In this document: piece after piece, positions 36,242 through 50,500 of the stretch
Layout of the letters: every line of letters begins with the position of its first letter
Numbering within the stretch: position 1 is the stretch's first letter
Origin: Gammaproteobacteria bacterium
Lineage (GTDB): Bacteria; Pseudomonadota; Gammaproteobacteria; Steroidobacterales; Rariloculaceae
Assembly: GCA_050485685.1 (NCBI GenBank)
Contig: JBJHBW010000007.1
Location: 5,950 to 69,949, forward strand
Direction of reading: 5' to 3'
DNA length: 64,000 bases
Position numbers and translations under genes: made by a program
The notes under the pieces: generated by a model
Told to the model about the DNA's origin: nothing
Databases searched by the model: none
The model's input: the letters and a program-made list of their open reading frames with translations, nothing else

Positions 36242-36792
36242 CAGGACCTCTCTTTTGTCCGCAACGGAAAGTTGAAAGCTTCAAGCAGCGCGCGACCTTC
36301 CTCGTCATTTCGCGCCGTTGTCGTAATCGAAATATCCAGCCCGCGAATCGCATCGACCTGATCGTAATTGATCTCAGGAAAGATGATTTGCTCGCGCACG
36401 CCCATGTTGTAGTTGCCGCGCCCATCGAAGGACCGGGGCGGCAGTCCGCGAAAATCGCGGATACGCGGGATTGCGACGTTGATCAGCCGGTCCAGGAACT
36501 CATACATGCGCTCACGTCGCAGCGTGACCATGCAGCCAATCGGGAAGCCGGCGCGAATCTTGAAACTCGCAACGGAAACCCGGGCCTTGCAGGGCACCGG
36601 CTTCTGGCCGGAAATCTTCGCCAGATCGCCCATCGCATGCTCCAGTGTCTTGCGATCGGACAGGGCTTCGCCCACGCCCATGTTCAGCGTGATCTTGCTG
36701 ATCCGCGGCACCGACATGCGGTTGGAAAGCTTGAGCCGCTCCATCAGCTGCGGCACAACCTCTGCTCTGTAAAATTCTTGCAGCCTGCTCAT
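36241..36792 (-). CDS. rplE: 50S ribosomal protein L5
   Basis: [20 protein letters not shown]...[10 protein letters not shown]... Confidence 0.97.
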   Translation of the reverse strand: MSRLQEFYRAEVVPQLMERLKLSNRMSVPRISKITLNMGVGEALSDRKTLEHAMGDLAKISGQKPVPCKARVSVASFKIRAGFPIGCMVTLRRERMYEFLDRLINVAIPRIRDFRGLPPRSFDGRGNYNMGVREQIIFPEINYDQVDAIRGLDISITTTARNDEEGRALLEAFNFPLRTKERS

Positions 36793-36797
36793 ATCCG

Positions 36798-37115
36798 TCA
36801 GCTATCCAGCACTTCGCCGTTCGACTTGAAAAAGCGGACCCTGCGGCCGTCGGCGAGCTGGCGTATGCCCACACGATCGCCACGATTGGTCGCCGGGTTA
36901 AACAGCATCACATTCGATGCATGAATCGGCTTGTCGATCTCGATGATCCCGCCCGGCTTGCCGGCATTGGGATTGCCACGCTGGTGCTTCTTCACCACGT
37001 TGACGTTCTCGACTACGACGTGGTCATCGCCCTGCACACGCGTGACGATGCCTCGTCGGCCCTTGTCCTTGCCGGCGATGACGATGACTTCATCGCCTTT
37101 CCTGATCCGTCTCAT
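36798..37115 (-). CDS. rplX: 50S ribosomal protein L24
   Basis: [22 protein letters not shown]..., 105 aa. Confidence 0.97.
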   Translation of the reverse strand: MRRIRKGDEVIVIAGKDKGRRGIVTRVQGDDHVVVENVNVVKKHQRGNPNAGKPGGIIEIDKPIHASNVMLFNPATNRGDRVGIRQLADGRRVRFFKSNGEVLDS

Positions 37116-37138
37116 CGCAACCTCTCTCGCCCGTCGCC

Positions 37139-37507
37139 CTACAGCACTTCAGGGGCGAGTGAAATGATCTTCATGAACTTGCTGGTACGCAGCTCGCGCG
37201 TGACCGGCCCGAAAATACGGGTGCCGATCGGCTCCAGCTTGTTGTTCAGCAGCACCGCGGCATTACCGTCAAAACGGATTGCCGACCCATCCGGCCGACG
37301 CAGGCCCTTGCGGGTACGGACGACCACTGCGTGGTACATCTCGCCCTTCTTGACCCTGCCACGAGGTATTGCGTCCTTGACCGACACCTTGATGATGTCG
37401 CCCACACCGGCATATCGACGCTTGGAACCGCCCAGCACCTTGATGCACATCAGCCGACGGGCACCGCTGTTATCGGCCGCGTTCAGCACTGTCTGTGTCT
37501 GTATCAT
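37139..37507 (-). CDS. rplN: 50S ribosomal protein L14
   Basis: [28 protein letters not shown]..., 122 aa. Confidence 0.98.
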   Translation of the reverse strand: MIQTQTVLNAADNSGARRLMCIKVLGGSKRRYAGVGDIIKVSVKDAIPRGRVKKGEMYHAVVVRTRKGLRRPDGSAIRFDGNAAVLLNNKLEPIGTRIFGPVTRELRTSKFMKIISLAPEVL

Positions 37508-37517
37508 CGGCCGCTCC

Positions 37518-37817
37518 TCAACCCTGAACTGCCGCTTCAGCAGCGGCTGCAGGCGAATTCAACACTTCAACCACCCGCCAGGATTTACGCCTGGAAATCG
37601 GACGGCACTCGACAATGGCCACCGTATCGCCTTCGCGACAGGTGTTGTCTTCGTCATGAGCAACCAGCTTGGTGGTGCGCCGGATGTACTTGCCGTACAC
37701 CGGGTGCTTGACCAGACGTTCGATCGCAACCGTAACGCTCTTGTCCATCTTGTTGCTGACGACGCGGCCGACCGCGCGGCGTTCCGGCTTCTCGCCCTGA
37801 GCCTGTGCAGCGCTCAT
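37518..37817 (-). CDS. rpsQ: 30S ribosomal protein S17
   Basis: ...[36 protein letters not shown]... Confidence 0.96.
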   Translation of the reverse strand: MSAAQAQGEKPERRAVGRVVSNKMDKSVTVAIERLVKHPVYGKYIRRTTKLVAHDEDNTCREGDTVAIVECRPISRRKSWRVVEVLNSPAAAAEAAVQG

Positions 37818-38008
37818 TGCTCGGCACTCCTTTCACGCAAAATCGTCTTCACGCGAGCGATGGTGCGGCGCACCTTGCCATGCTGATCGGGTCGGGCGGC
37901 CCTGCCGGTCGCACTTTGCATGCGCAGATTGAACTGCTCCCGCCGCAGCTTCGTCAGCTCCTCGGCCAGCGCCTCGTCCGTCATCGCTCTCAATTCCTTG
38001 ATCTTCAT
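37814..38008 (-). CDS. rpmC: 50S ribosomal protein L29
   Basis: [31 protein letters not shown]..., 64 aa. It overlaps rpsQ by 4 nt. Confidence 0.96.
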   Translation of the reverse strand: MKIKELRAMTDEALAEELTKLRREQFNLRMQSATGRAARPDQHGKVRRTIARVKTILRERSAEQ

Positions 38009-38421
38009 CAGCCCGCCTGCCGTTCGACAAACTCCGTGGGAACCGGCAGCTTCGCTGCCGCCAGCCTGAACGCTTCACGCGCGATGTCCTCGCTCACGCC
38101 GGTCATTTCATAAAGCATGCGACCGGGCTGGATCTGAGCGACCCAGTACTCCACGTTGCCCTTGCCCTTGCCCTGACGCACTTCCAGCGGCTTCTTTGTG
38201 ATCGGCTTGTCCGGGAATACGCGGATCCAGATCTTGCCGCCGCGCTTCACGTGCCTGGTCATGGCGCGACGCGCCGCCTCTATCTGGCGTGCAGTGAGCT
38301 GCCCGCGTCCGACGGCCTTCAGACCGAAGTCGCCGAAGCTCACGGCATTGCCGCGCTGAGCGAGGCCCCGATTACGGCCCTTGTGCTGCTTGCGGTACTT
38401 CGTGCGTTTCGGTTGAAGCAT
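38008..38421 (-). CDS. rplP: 50S ribosomal protein L16
   Basis: [21 protein letters not shown]..., 137 aa. Confidence 0.98.
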   Translation of the reverse strand: MLQPKRTKYRKQHKGRNRGLAQRGNAVSFGDFGLKAVGRGQLTARQIEAARRAMTRHVKRGGKIWIRVFPDKPITKKPLEVRQGKGKGNVEYWVAQIQPGRMLYEMTGVSEDIAREAFRLAAAKLPVPTEFVERQAG

Positions 38422-38486
38422 GGCTGAATTCTCAAATCTGTCCTGTAGTCACGATGCCGGACATCCCGACACCCGTCATTGCTGTG

Positions 38487-39167
38487 TCAGGCGCGCTGCG
38501 TCTCGGCGGGTTCCGATGCGGCTTCGGCACTGTCGAACACCTCGCCACGGAACACCCAGACCTTCACGCCGATCACGCCATAAGTGGTACGCGCTTCGGC
38601 CAGGCCGTAATCAATATCGGCACGGAAGGTATGCAGCGGCACTCGGCCCTCGCGATACCATTCCGAACGCGCAATCTCGGCACCGTTCAGCCGGCCCGAC
38701 ACCTTCACCTTGATGCCACCCGCGCCGATGCGCATGGTGTTGGTCACCGCACGACGCATCGCACGACGGAACTGTACGCGGCGTTCCAGCTGCTGCGCGA
38801 TACCCTCGGCAACCAGCTGCGCATCCAGCTCGGGCTTGCGGATCTCGGAAATGTTCAGACGCACATCCTGCATCGGCATTTCCATCAGCTTTGCCACGTC
38901 GCCACGCAGCTTCTCTATGTCCTCGCCCTTCTTGCCGATCACGATGCCCGGCCTTGCCGTATGAATCGTGATGTTGGCGCGCTTGGCGGGACGCTCGATC
39001 TGAATACGACTGACGGAAGCATCCTTCAGCCTGGTTTTCAGGAACTCGCGAATACGATGGTCCTGCTCTATGTAGGACGGGAAGGTGCGCGAGTCCGCGT
39101 ACCACTTGGAACCCCACTCCTTGGTGATGCCAAGGCGTATTCCGACCGGATTGACCTTTTGACCCAT
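38487..39167 (-). CDS. rpsC: 30S ribosomal protein S3
   Basis: [24 protein letters not shown]..., 226 aa. Confidence 0.98.
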   Translation of the reverse strand: MGQKVNPVGIRLGITKEWGSKWYADSRTFPSYIEQDHRIREFLKTRLKDASVSRIQIERPAKRANITIHTARPGIVIGKKGEDIEKLRGDVAKLMEMPMQDVRLNISEIRKPELDAQLVAEGIAQQLERRVQFRRAMRRAVTNTMRIGAGGIKVKVSGRLNGAEIARSEWYREGRVPLHTFRADIDYGLAEARTTYGVIGVKVWVFRGEVFDSAEAASEPAETQRA

Positions 39168-39170
39168 AAC

Positions 39171-39503
39171 TTACTCGTCGCCTACGCGCACAGTGATATG
39201 GCTGTTGCGCTTCAAAATCTGGTTGCCGCGACCCTTGGCCCTTGCCCGGTAGCGGGTGAAGAAGGGCGCGCCGTCCACCTGAACGACCGCAACCTTCAGT
39301 TCATCGATATCGGCGCCGTGGTTGTGCTCGGCGTTGGCAATCGCCGACTCCAGAACCTTGTGCACGATACGCGCAGCTTTCTTGCGGCTGAACGCGAGCA
39401 CCTGCAATGCCTGACCAACCGGCTTGCCGCGAATCTGATCGGCCACCAGTCTGCACTTCTGTGGCGATACCCGCGCATAGCGCAACGTTGCTGCAACTTC
39501 CAT
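39171..39503 (-). CDS. rplV: 50S ribosomal protein L22
   Basis: [27 protein letters not shown]..., 110 aa. Confidence 0.97.
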   Translation of the reverse strand: MEVAATLRYARVSPQKCRLVADQIRGKPVGQALQVLAFSRKKAARIVHKVLESAIANAEHNHGADIDELKVAVVQVDGAPFFTRYRARAKGRGNQILKRNSHITVRVGDE

Positions 39504-39551
39504 TCGCTTGAACTCCAGTAACCTGCTACCCGACCGTGACCGTCAACCGCG

Positions 39552-39827
39552 TCACTTGCCGGACTTGCGGTCGCCCGAGTGACCGCGAAAAGTGCGTGTC
39601 ACGGCGAACTCGCCAAGCTTGTGACCCACCATGTTCTCCGATATGAGCACCGGCACATGCTGGCGCCCGTTATGCACGGCGATCGTCAGACCGACCATGT
39701 CAGGTATCACCATGGAACGCCGCGACCAGGTCTTGATCGGACGCCTGTCGTTTGCAGCTGCAGCCTTCGCGACTTTGTTCACCAGGTGAGTGTCGACGAA
39801 CGGGCCTTTCTTAATCGATCGCGGCAT
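39552..39827 (-). CDS. rpsS: 30S ribosomal protein S19
   Basis: [19 protein letters not shown]..., 91 aa. Confidence 0.98.
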   Translation of the reverse strand: MPRSIKKGPFVDTHLVNKVAKAAAANDRRPIKTWSRRSMVIPDMVGLTIAVHNGRQHVPVLISENMVGHKLGEFAVTRTFRGHSGDRKSGK

Positions 39828-39869
39828 TGCTTACTCTCAAACCAGTCCAGGATCAGTCAACGCGGTGCG

Positions 39870-40697
39870 TTACTTCTGTTTCCGTGTGCGCACGATCATC
39901 GATTTCGTACGCTTGTTGTGACGCGTCTTCGCGCCCTTGGTGGGACGACCCCACGGCGATACCGGGTGACGGCCGCCTGAAGTACGGCCTTCACCACCAC
40001 CATGCGGATGGTCCACCGGATTCATTGCCACGCCGCGCACCGTCGGGCGCACGCCGCGCCAGCGCTGCGCGCCGGCCTTGCCAAGCTTGCGCAGGTTGTG
40101 CTCGTCGTTGCCGACTTCACCCACGGTCGCACGGCAGTTCACGTGAATCTTGCGCATCTCGCCGGAGCGAAGACGCAGCGTCACGTACTCACCTTCGCGA
40201 GCAACGATCTGCACCGAGGCGCCGGCGCTTCGCGCGAGCTGCGCGCCCTTGCCCGGCTTCATTTCAACGCAATGCACCTGCGTACCAACCGGGATGTTCT
40301 TGAGCGGCATTGCGCTGCCCGGCTTGATCGGTGCGTCTACACCCGAGCTGATCGGATCCCCGACGGAAATCCGCTTCGGCGCGAGGATGTAGCGGCGTTC
40401 ACCATCGGCATACAGGACCAGCGCGATATGTGCGCTGCGGTTCGGATCGTACTCCAGACGCTCAACGCGGCCGGCGATTCCGTCCTTGTTGCGCTTGAAA
40501 TCGATAATGCGATAACGGCGCTTGTGTCCACCGCCCTTGTGACGGGTGGTGATACGGCCGACGTTGTTGCGGCCGCCTGTTCTCGACAGCGGCGCAACCA
40601 GTGCACTGTGGGGTTCGCCCTTGTGCAGACCGGTGTTCGTGGGCCGCACGACAAAGCGCTGGCCCGCGGAAGTTGGTTTGAGCTTTCGTACTGCCAC
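39870..40697 (-). CDS. rplB: 50S ribosomal protein L2
   Basis: [17 protein letters not shown]...[20 protein letters not shown]..., 275 aa. Confidence 0.98.
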   Translation of the reverse strand: MAVRKLKPTSAGQRFVVRPTNTGLHKGEPHSALVAPLSRTGGRNNVGRITTRHKGGGHKRRYRIIDFKRNKDGIAGRVERLEYDPNRSAHIALVLYADGERRYILAPKRISVGDPISSGVDAPIKPGSAMPLKNIPVGTQVHCVEMKPGKGAQLARSAGASVQIVAREGEYVTLRLRSGEMRKIHVNCRATVGEVGNDEHNLRKLGKAGAQRWRGVRPTVRGVAMNPVDHPHGGGEGRTSGGRHPVSPWGRPTKGAKTRHNKRTKSMIVRTRKQK

Positions 40698-40718
40698 GAT
40701 CGTTCTCCGCCGCGTCCG

Positions 40719-41027
40719 TTATTCGGCGCCCAGGAAGTCGATATCATGCCCCGGAGCCAGGCGCACATAGGCCTTTTTCCAGGACTGACGCTGACCCCGG
40801 ATCGCGCCGAAACGCTTTGCCTTGCCGGGCACCCTGACCACGGTCACGCCGTCGACCTTGACTTCAAACAGCCATTCAACGGCACGCTTGATCTCGTTCT
40901 TGGTTGCATCCGGACGAACCTTGAATACAACCTGCCGCTTCGCGTCCGCTGCCGCGGTGGACTTCTCTGACACGTGCGGCCCGAGCAGGACCTGCGTCAG
41001 TCTCTCCTGATATGCCGCACCGCTCAT
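40719..41027 (-). CDS. rplW: 50S ribosomal protein L23
   Basis: ...[19 protein letters not shown]...[26 protein letters not shown]... Confidence 0.96.
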   Translation of the reverse strand: MSGAAYQERLTQVLLGPHVSEKSTAAADAKRQVVFKVRPDATKNEIKRAVEWLFEVKVDGVTVVRVPGKAKRFGAIRGQRQSWKKAYVRLAPGHDIDFLGAE

Positions 41028-41629
41028 CCGAGCCGCTCCTCGATAACTTTAGCCGCTGCCGCAGTCATGACCACCTTGTCGGCCCCGGCAAGACTGACCG
41101 GATCCACCTCTGAAGCTTCCAGTACCTGCACACCAGGCAGGTTGCGCGCCGACAGCCAAAGGTTCTCACTGAATCCCTCGACGACGATCAGGGCCTGCTC
41201 CACACCAAAGGCCGCAAGTTTCTGCGCGAGTTCCCTGGTTTTCGGAGCCGGAATCGCGAGCTCATCGACGAGCAGCAACCTGTCCTGGCGCAGCAGCTCC
41301 GAGACGATGGAGCGCATCGCACCACGGTACATCTTGCGATTCACTTTCTGCTCAAAGTTGCGGGGACGGGCCGCAAACGCCCGGCCGCCTCCGACCCAGA
41401 TCGGACTGCGGCTGGTACCGGCACGTGCGCGACCGGTGCCCTTCTGACGCCAGGGCTTTGCACCGCCGCCGCTCACATCGGAGCGCGTCTTCTGCGCCTT
41501 GGTGCCCGACCGACCGCCGGCCAGATAGGCAACCACGACCTGATGAACCAGCGCCTCATTGAAAGGCACGCCGAAAGTCGCATCTGCGAGCTCCAGCTTC
41601 TGGTCGTTACCGTGCAGCTTCACTTCCAT
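41024..41629 (-). CDS. rplD: 50S ribosomal protein L4
   Basis: ...[47 protein letters not shown]..., 201 aa. Confidence 0.97.
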   Translation of the reverse strand: MEVKLHGNDQKLELADATFGVPFNEALVHQVVVAYLAGGRSGTKAQKTRSDVSGGGAKPWRQKGTGRARAGTSRSPIWVGGGRAFAARPRNFEQKVNRKMYRGAMRSIVSELLRQDRLLLVDELAIPAPKTRELAQKLAAFGVEQALIVVEGFSENLWLSARNLPGVQVLEASEVDPVSLAGADKVVMTAAAAKVIEERLG

Positions 41630-41648
41630 GATTCAACAACTATCGAAA

Positions 41649-42305
41649 CTAGACTTTCGCCGCCTTGCCGGTTTTCACCGCCGGACGCACAAACACGCGT
41701 CCGCTGGGAGCACCGGGCACCGCGCCCTTGATCAACAAAAGATTGCGTTCCGGATCCACCCGCACGACCTCGAGATTCAGCGTGGTCGTGCGCGCATTAC
41801 CCATCTGGCCAGACATCTTCTTGCCCTTGAAAACGCGTCCGGGGCTCTGGTTCTGACCTATGGAACCCGGCGCGCGATGCGACAGCGAGTTACCGTGGGT
41901 CGCGTCCTGGGTACGGAAATTGTGTCGCTTGACGGTACCGGCAAAGCCCTTACCGCGCGACGTGCCTGTGACATCGACAATCTGGCCCGGCTCGAACAAC
42001 CCGACATTGAGTTCCGCGCCAACAGCCAGCTCGTCGCCCTCGCCATCAGCGAGGCGAAATTCCCAGAGGCCCTCGCCAGGGGCTGTACCGGCGCGCGCGA
42101 AATGGCCCGCGTCGGCTCTGGTCACCCGGGATGGCTTGACTTCACCAACCGTCACCTGGATCGCGCGATAGCCGTCGCGCTCCAACGTGCGAGCGGTCGT
42201 AATCCTGTTGGGCAGAGCCTCAATCACCGTGACCGGGATGGATTCCCCGGCGTCGGTGAAAATACGGGTCATACCGCATTTGCGGCCCACGAGACCGATA
42301 GACAT
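41649..42305 (-). CDS. rplC: 50S ribosomal protein L3
   Basis: [29 protein letters not shown]..., 218 aa; RBS GAGGA. Confidence 0.98.
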   Translation of the reverse strand: MSIGLVGRKCGMTRIFTDAGESIPVTVIEALPNRITTARTLERDGYRAIQVTVGEVKPSRVTRADAGHFARAGTAPGEGLWEFRLADGEGDELAVGAELNVGLFEPGQIVDVTGTSRGKGFAGTVKRHNFRTQDATHGNSLSHRAPGSIGQNQSPGRVFKGKKMSGQMGNARTTTLNLEVVRVDPERNLLLIKGAVPGAPSGRVFVRPAVKTGKAAKV

Positions 42306-42548
42306 TTCAAGTATTCCTCTGCATCCGCGCCGACTACGGTGGCCGGCGCTTCAGCCAGCACGACATCCTGCGTCCTGGCACCCTGCGGCCAAACTCGGGA
42401 CCGCTAAGCGTTCCGGGCTGATTCTTCACGCCAATTCCGCGAAAAATCCGAGACCGCACGTCGGCAGCCACCCGGTGACGGCTTGCGCCGCCCTTCAACA
42501 CAGTGGCCCGGCGGCGGTGAAGCCTCCCGGGCCGGTGAGTAGCCAGCT

Positions 42549-42576
42549 ATTATAGCAATTGCCAGCCCGCTTACAA
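42549..42576 (-). promoter_or_regulatory. candidate sigma70-type promoter inside the rpsJ-rplC spacer
   Basis: The minus strand reads TTGTAA (42576-42571), a 16-nt spacer, then a perfect TATAAT (42554-42549). It lies 26 nt after the rpsJ stop and about 240 nt before the rplC ATG. A perfect -10 hexamer is conspicuous in this GC-rich DNA. Confidence 0.4.
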
Positions 42577-42601
42577 CGGGCAATTCAAATCATTTCATCC
42601 G

Positions 42602-42916
42602 TCAGTTCAGCCGGATCTGCACGTCCACGCCGGCCGGCAGCTCCAGCTTCATCAGTGCGTCGACCGTCTTGTCGGTCGGATCGACGATATCCATCAGCCG
42701 CTTGTGAGTCAGCAGCTCGTACTGATCGCGCGCGTCCTTGTTGACATGCGGCGAAATCAGCACCGTATAGCGCTCGATCTTGGTCGGCAGCGGCACAGGT
42801 CCCCGAACCGTGGCACCGGTCCGCTTCGCCGTCTCGACGATCTCGCGCGCCGACTTGTCGATCAACCGGTGATCGAAAGCCTTGAGCCGGATCCGTATGT
42901 TCTGGTTCGTTGCCAT
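42602..42916 (-). CDS. rpsJ: 30S ribosomal protein S10
   Basis: [35 protein letters not shown]..., 104 aa. Confidence 0.98.
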   Translation of the reverse strand: MATNQNIRIRLKAFDHRLIDKSAREIVETAKRTGATVRGPVPLPTKIERYTVLISPHVNKDARDQYELLTHKRLMDIVDPTDKTVDALMKLELPAGVDVQIRLN

Positions 42917-42939
42917 TTCGGCCTTACCTCATCGCAATC

Positions 42940-43055
42940 GTGCTGTAGGCGCACCGGACACTTTCCGAGACACGCCGTGAATACATCCATGTAGGCTCGG
43001 CGCCGGCATCCCTGCCGGCGACGGTCTCGGAAACTGTCCGGTGCACCTACAGCAC
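42940..43055. repeat. 116-nt imperfect palindrome (REP/SMAG-like, GTAG-ended) in the tuf-rpsJ spacer
   Basis: The arm GTGCTGTAGGCGCACCGGACACTTTCCGAGAC (42940-42971) pairs with GTCTCGGAAACTGTCCGGTGCACCTACAGCAC (43024-43055), 30 of 32 positions. It encloses an inner hairpin, GCCGGCA-TCCC-TGCCGGC (43002-43019). In addition, GCTCGGCGC (42995-43003) is complementary to GCGCCGAGC (43063-43071). Confidence 0.7.
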
Positions 43056-43084
43056 TCGTTCAGCGCCGAGCGTTTAGCTTTTTT

Positions 43085-44275
<1,191 letters not shown>

Positions 44276-44294
44276 GATTCTTTACCTCTGATCC

Positions 44295-46388
<2,094 letters not shown>

Positions 46389-46414
46389 GTCGCAGCCTCA
46401 AATCCATTGATTGA

Positions 46415-46894
46415 TCACCACCGGTAATGAGCGAACGCCTTGTTGGCGTCGGCCATCCGGTGGGTGTCTTCGCGCTTCTTGACCGCGGTACCGCGATTTT
46501 CCGCTGCGTCCATGAGCTCGTGCGCCAGGCGCTGCGCCATGGTCTTCTCCGAACGGCGGCGCGCAGCATCGATCACCCAGCGCATCGCCAGTGTTTCACG
46601 ACGGGTCGCCCGCACTTCCACCGGTACCTGGTAAGTCGCACCGCCAACGCGCCGCGACTTCACCTCGACCGCCGGCTTGATGTTATCCAGCGCCTGACCG
46701 AGCAACTCCAGCGCGCGCTGGTCATCGTTGCCGGATCGTTCCGCAATTCGGTCTATCGCACCGTAAACAATGCTCTCCGCGACGGACTTCTTGCCGCTGC
46801 GCATGACCATATTGATGAATTTGGTGAGCATCTCATTGCCATACTTGGGATCCGGCAATATCTGACGTCGGGGGGCTTGGCTTCGTCTGGACAT
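46415..46894 (-). CDS. rpsG: 30S ribosomal protein S7
   Basis: [31 protein letters not shown]..., 159 aa. Confidence 0.97.
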   Translation of the reverse strand: MSRRSQAPRRQILPDPKYGNEMLTKFINMVMRSGKKSVAESIVYGAIDRIAERSGNDDQRALELLGQALDNIKPAVEVKSRRVGGATYQVPVEVRATRRETLAMRWVIDAARRRSEKTMAQRLAHELMDAAENRGTAVKKREDTHRMADANKAFAHYRW

Positions 46895-46927
46895 AGGTAC
46901 TATTCCGTTCGCTGCATGCGGGCCAGA

Positions 46928-47302
46928 TCAGTTCTTGGGACGCTTCGCGCCATACTTGGACCGGCCCTGGCGACGAGCGCCTACGCCTGCACAGTCCAGC
47001 GTGCCACGAACAGTGTGATAGCGAACACCGGGAAGGTCCTTGACGCGACCGCCGCGGATGAGCACCACCGAATGCTCCTGAAGGTTATGACCCTCACCAC
47101 CAATGTAGCTGGTGACCTCGAAGCCGTTCGTCAGCCGCACGCGCGCGACCTTGCGCATCGCGGAATTCGGCTTCTTCGGTGTCGTCGTGTAGACGCGGGT
47201 ACACACACCGCGCTTCTGCGGGGAAGCACCCAGCGCCGGGACGTTACTCTTTGCCCTGCGCGTACTGCGCGGCTTCCTGACCAGCTGATTCGTTGTCGCC
47301 AT
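46928..47302 (-). CDS. rpsL: 30S ribosomal protein S12
   Basis: I start at Met 47302 ([24 protein letters not shown]...[11 protein letters not shown]...); 124 aa. Confidence 0.97.
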   Translation of the reverse strand: MATTNQLVRKPRSTRRAKSNVPALGASPQKRGVCTRVYTTTPKKPNSAMRKVARVRLTNGFEVTSYIGGEGHNLQEHSVVLIRGGRVKDLPGVRYHTVRGTLDCAGVGARRQGRSKYGAKRPKN

Positions 47303-47482
47303 CACCTTTCCCAAACGAATAGCGGCCCGCTGCCGGTACGGCATCCGGGCCTTGAGATACTTCGCGCCTTCGAAAATTGCGTGAAGTTTGAATTATACGA
47401 GGGCGTCGTGCCTGCTGGCGCTGACGTCCGGGCAGCGCGCAATTCTAGTGGTTAGCGCTGACCAGCGTCAACATCGATCGCC

Positions 47483-47512
47483 AGCGGGCGCAGCTGGCGA
47501 GCTGCGCCCGCT
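47483..47512 (-). terminator. 13-bp perfect GC-rich hairpin just downstream of rpoC (terminator-like, no U-tract)
   Basis: AGCGGGCGCAGCT (47483-47495) pairs with AGCTGCGCCCGCT (47500-47512) around the loop GGCG. It lies 21 nt after the rpoC stop. On the minus strand no T-run follows, so function as an intrinsic terminator is uncertain. Confidence 0.35.
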
Positions 47513-47533
47513 CACTTCGTATCGGCCGCGACC

Positions 47534-50500
47534 TCAATCGGCCGCTTCAGATCCTCCGTCGCCATCCCCGGCGCCTTCAGATCCGTCAGCAGCGGCATCG
47601 GAGCCGGCATCTGCCTCGATCAATGCTTCATCCGCTTGCGGCCGCCCCGCGTCCAGCTCCTTGAGCTCGGCCGAGAGGATATCTTCCTGGGTACGGCGAC
47701 GTTCCTCGTGATAGGCATAGCCCGTGCCGGCCGGGATCAGCCGACCGACGATCACGTTCTCCTTCAGACCGCGCAGATCGTCGCGCAGTCCGCGCACCGA
47801 AGCCTCGGTCAGCACGCGCGTGGTCTCCTGGAACGAGGCCGCCGAGATGAACGATTCGGTCGCCAGCGACGCCTTGGTGATGCCCAGCAGCACCGGATCG
47901 TACACGGCAGGCCGGCCGTCCTTGCGACGCTCGATTTCGCGATTGAGTTCGATGACCCTGGCCTTGTCAGCCTGTTCGCCGCGCAGGAAGCGCGTATCGC
48001 CCGGATCTACGATCTCGATCTTGCGCAGCATCTGGCGAATGATCACCTCGATGTGCTTGTCATTGATCTTCACGCCCTGCAACCGGTACACGTCCTGGAT
48101 TTCACGGACCAGATAGTCGGCCAGCCGCTCCACACCCTGAAGGCGCAGAATGTCATGCGGGTTGGGCTCACCGTCGGCGATCATCTCGCCCCGGACCACG
48201 GTCTCACCCTCGAACACGTTAAGGTGACGCCACTTCGGAATCAGCTCCTCGTACTGCTCACCGTCCTCGTTGGTGATGATCAGTCGCCGCTTACCCTTGG
48301 TTTCCTTGCCGAAACTCACAGTGCCGGAGAATTCGGCCAGGATGGCCGGATCCTTGGGCCTGCGGGCCTCGAACAGGTCGGCGACACGCGGCAGACCGCC
48401 GGTGATGTCACGGGTCTTGGAGCTTTCCTGCGGCAGACGCGCAATCACGTCACCGACCACGACCCGGGCACCGTTCTCCATGCTGATCACGGCACCACCC
48501 GGCAGCGCGTACGCCGCCGGAATATCGGTGTTCGGGAAGCTGATGGGCTGACCCTTGTCATCGACAAGTTTCGCGGTCGGGCGGTAGTCGGAAGTGCCAC
48601 GCTGCGCGGCATCCAGCACCACGATGCTGGTCAGTCCGGTGATTTCATCGACCTGGGTCGCAACCGTCACACCATCGACGAAATCCTCGAAACGCAGGTA
48701 TCCGCTGACTTCGGTCACCACCGGATGAGTATGCGGGTCCCAGTTTGCGATCAGCTGGCCGGCTTCCACAGCCTCACCGTCCGTCACTGTCAGAACGGCG
48801 CCGTAAGGCACCTTGTAGCGTTCCCGCTCGCGGCCGAATTCGTCCGCCACGGCCAGCTCACCGGAGCGCGACACCGCGACCAGATGACCCTTTTTCTCAT
48901 GCTTGACCGTCTTGAGGTTATGCACGCGAATCGTGCCGGCGCTCTTGACCTCGACGCTGTTGACAGCAGCCGACCGTGACGCGGCACCACCGATGTGGAA
49001 GGTGCGCATGGTCAGCTGCGTGCCCGGCTCGCCGATTGACTGTGCCGCGATCACGCCCACCGCCTCACCGGTGTTGACGCGGTCGCCGCGAGCCAGGTCG
49101 CGGCCGTAGCACTGGGCGCAGACACCCCACTGGGTCTCACAGGTGATGGGCGAACGTACCAGCACCTGGTCGATGGAATACATCTCCAGTGTGCGCACCG
49201 CTTTTTCGTCCAGCAGTTCGCCGGCGGCGACAATGGGCTCGTCCGATCCCGGCGCAAGCACGTCCACGGCCGCCACGCGACCCAGTACGCGCTCCTTCAG
49301 CGGCTCAACGATATCGCCACCCTCGACCAGCGGCTTCATCAGCAGTCCATCGCGTGTGCCACAGTCATCACCGGTTACAACCAGATCCTGTGCCACGTCC
49401 ACCAGACGACGCGTCAGATAACCAGAGTTCGCGGTCTTCAGCGCCGTATCGGCAAGACCCTTGCGGGCGCCGTGGGTGGAGATGAAGTACTGCAGAACGT
49501 CCAGACCCTCGCGGAAGTTCGCGGTGATCGGGGTCTCGATAATGGAACCGTCGGGCTTGGCCATCAGACCACGCATGCCGGCCAGCTGCCGGATCTGGGC
49601 GGCTGAGCCTCGGGCACCGGAGTCGGCCATCATGTAAATGGAGTTGAACGACTCCTGCATCGCGGTCTTTCCTTCGGAGTCGGCGACCGGTTCGACACCG
49701 AGCTTCTCCATCATCGCCTTGGCGACCTGATCATTGGTGCGCGACCAGATATCCACCACTTTGTTGTACCGCTCGCCGTCTGTGACCAGACCCGCCGAAT
49801 ACTGGTCCTGGATGTCTTTGACCTCCTCTTCGGCCAGCTGCAGGATCTGCGCCTTCTCCTCGGGCACGACCATGTCGTCGGCGCCGAAGGACACGCCGGA
49901 GCGGGTCGCGTAATGGAAGCCGGTATACATCAGCTGATCGGCGAACACGACGGTTTCCTTCAGACCCAGCTGGCGATAGCAGGCGTTGATCACGCCGGAA
50001 ATAGCGCGCTTGTTCATTGCCTTGTTGATCAGGTCAAAAGACAGACCCTTTGGCATGACCTCCAGCAGCAGCGCACGGCCGACCGTCGTCTTGACCAGCT
50101 GCGCACGCGGCTTGCCTTCCTCGTCGTGATCATTGACGCGCACGCGGATGCGCGCATGCAGGTCCACCGTTCCGCTTTCGTATGCACGGTGCACTTCGTC
50201 CACGTCGGCGAACAGCATGCCTTCACCGCGCGCATTGATCTTCTCGCGCGTCATGTAGTAGATGCCGAGCACGACGTCCTGCGACGGCACGATGATGGGA
50301 TCACCGTTGGCCGGAGACAGGATGTTGTTACTGGACATCATCAGCGCGCGCGCTTCCAGCTGCGCTTCCAGTGACAACGGCACGTGCACGGCCATCTGGT
50401 CGCCATCGAAGTCAGCGTTGAAAGCCGTGCAGACCAGCGGGTGAAGCTGGATCGCCTTGCCCTCGATCAGTACCGGCTCGAAAGCCTGAATGCCCAGACG

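Noticed and set aside
42187-42555. 122-aa plus-strand ORF covering the rpsJ-rplC spacer
   Set aside because: It is antisense to the ribosomal operon and overlaps rplC. Its composition is Pro/Arg/Ala-rich, it has no RBS, and it is probably non-coding. The spacer is treated as an RNA or regulatory region instead.
47390-47395. Perfect TATAAT on the minus strand upstream of rpsL as the str-operon promoter
   Set aside because: No acceptable -35 hexamer lies at 16-18 nt spacing (best CGCCAG/GCGCCA). It may still be a promoter, but I cannot support it from sequence alone.
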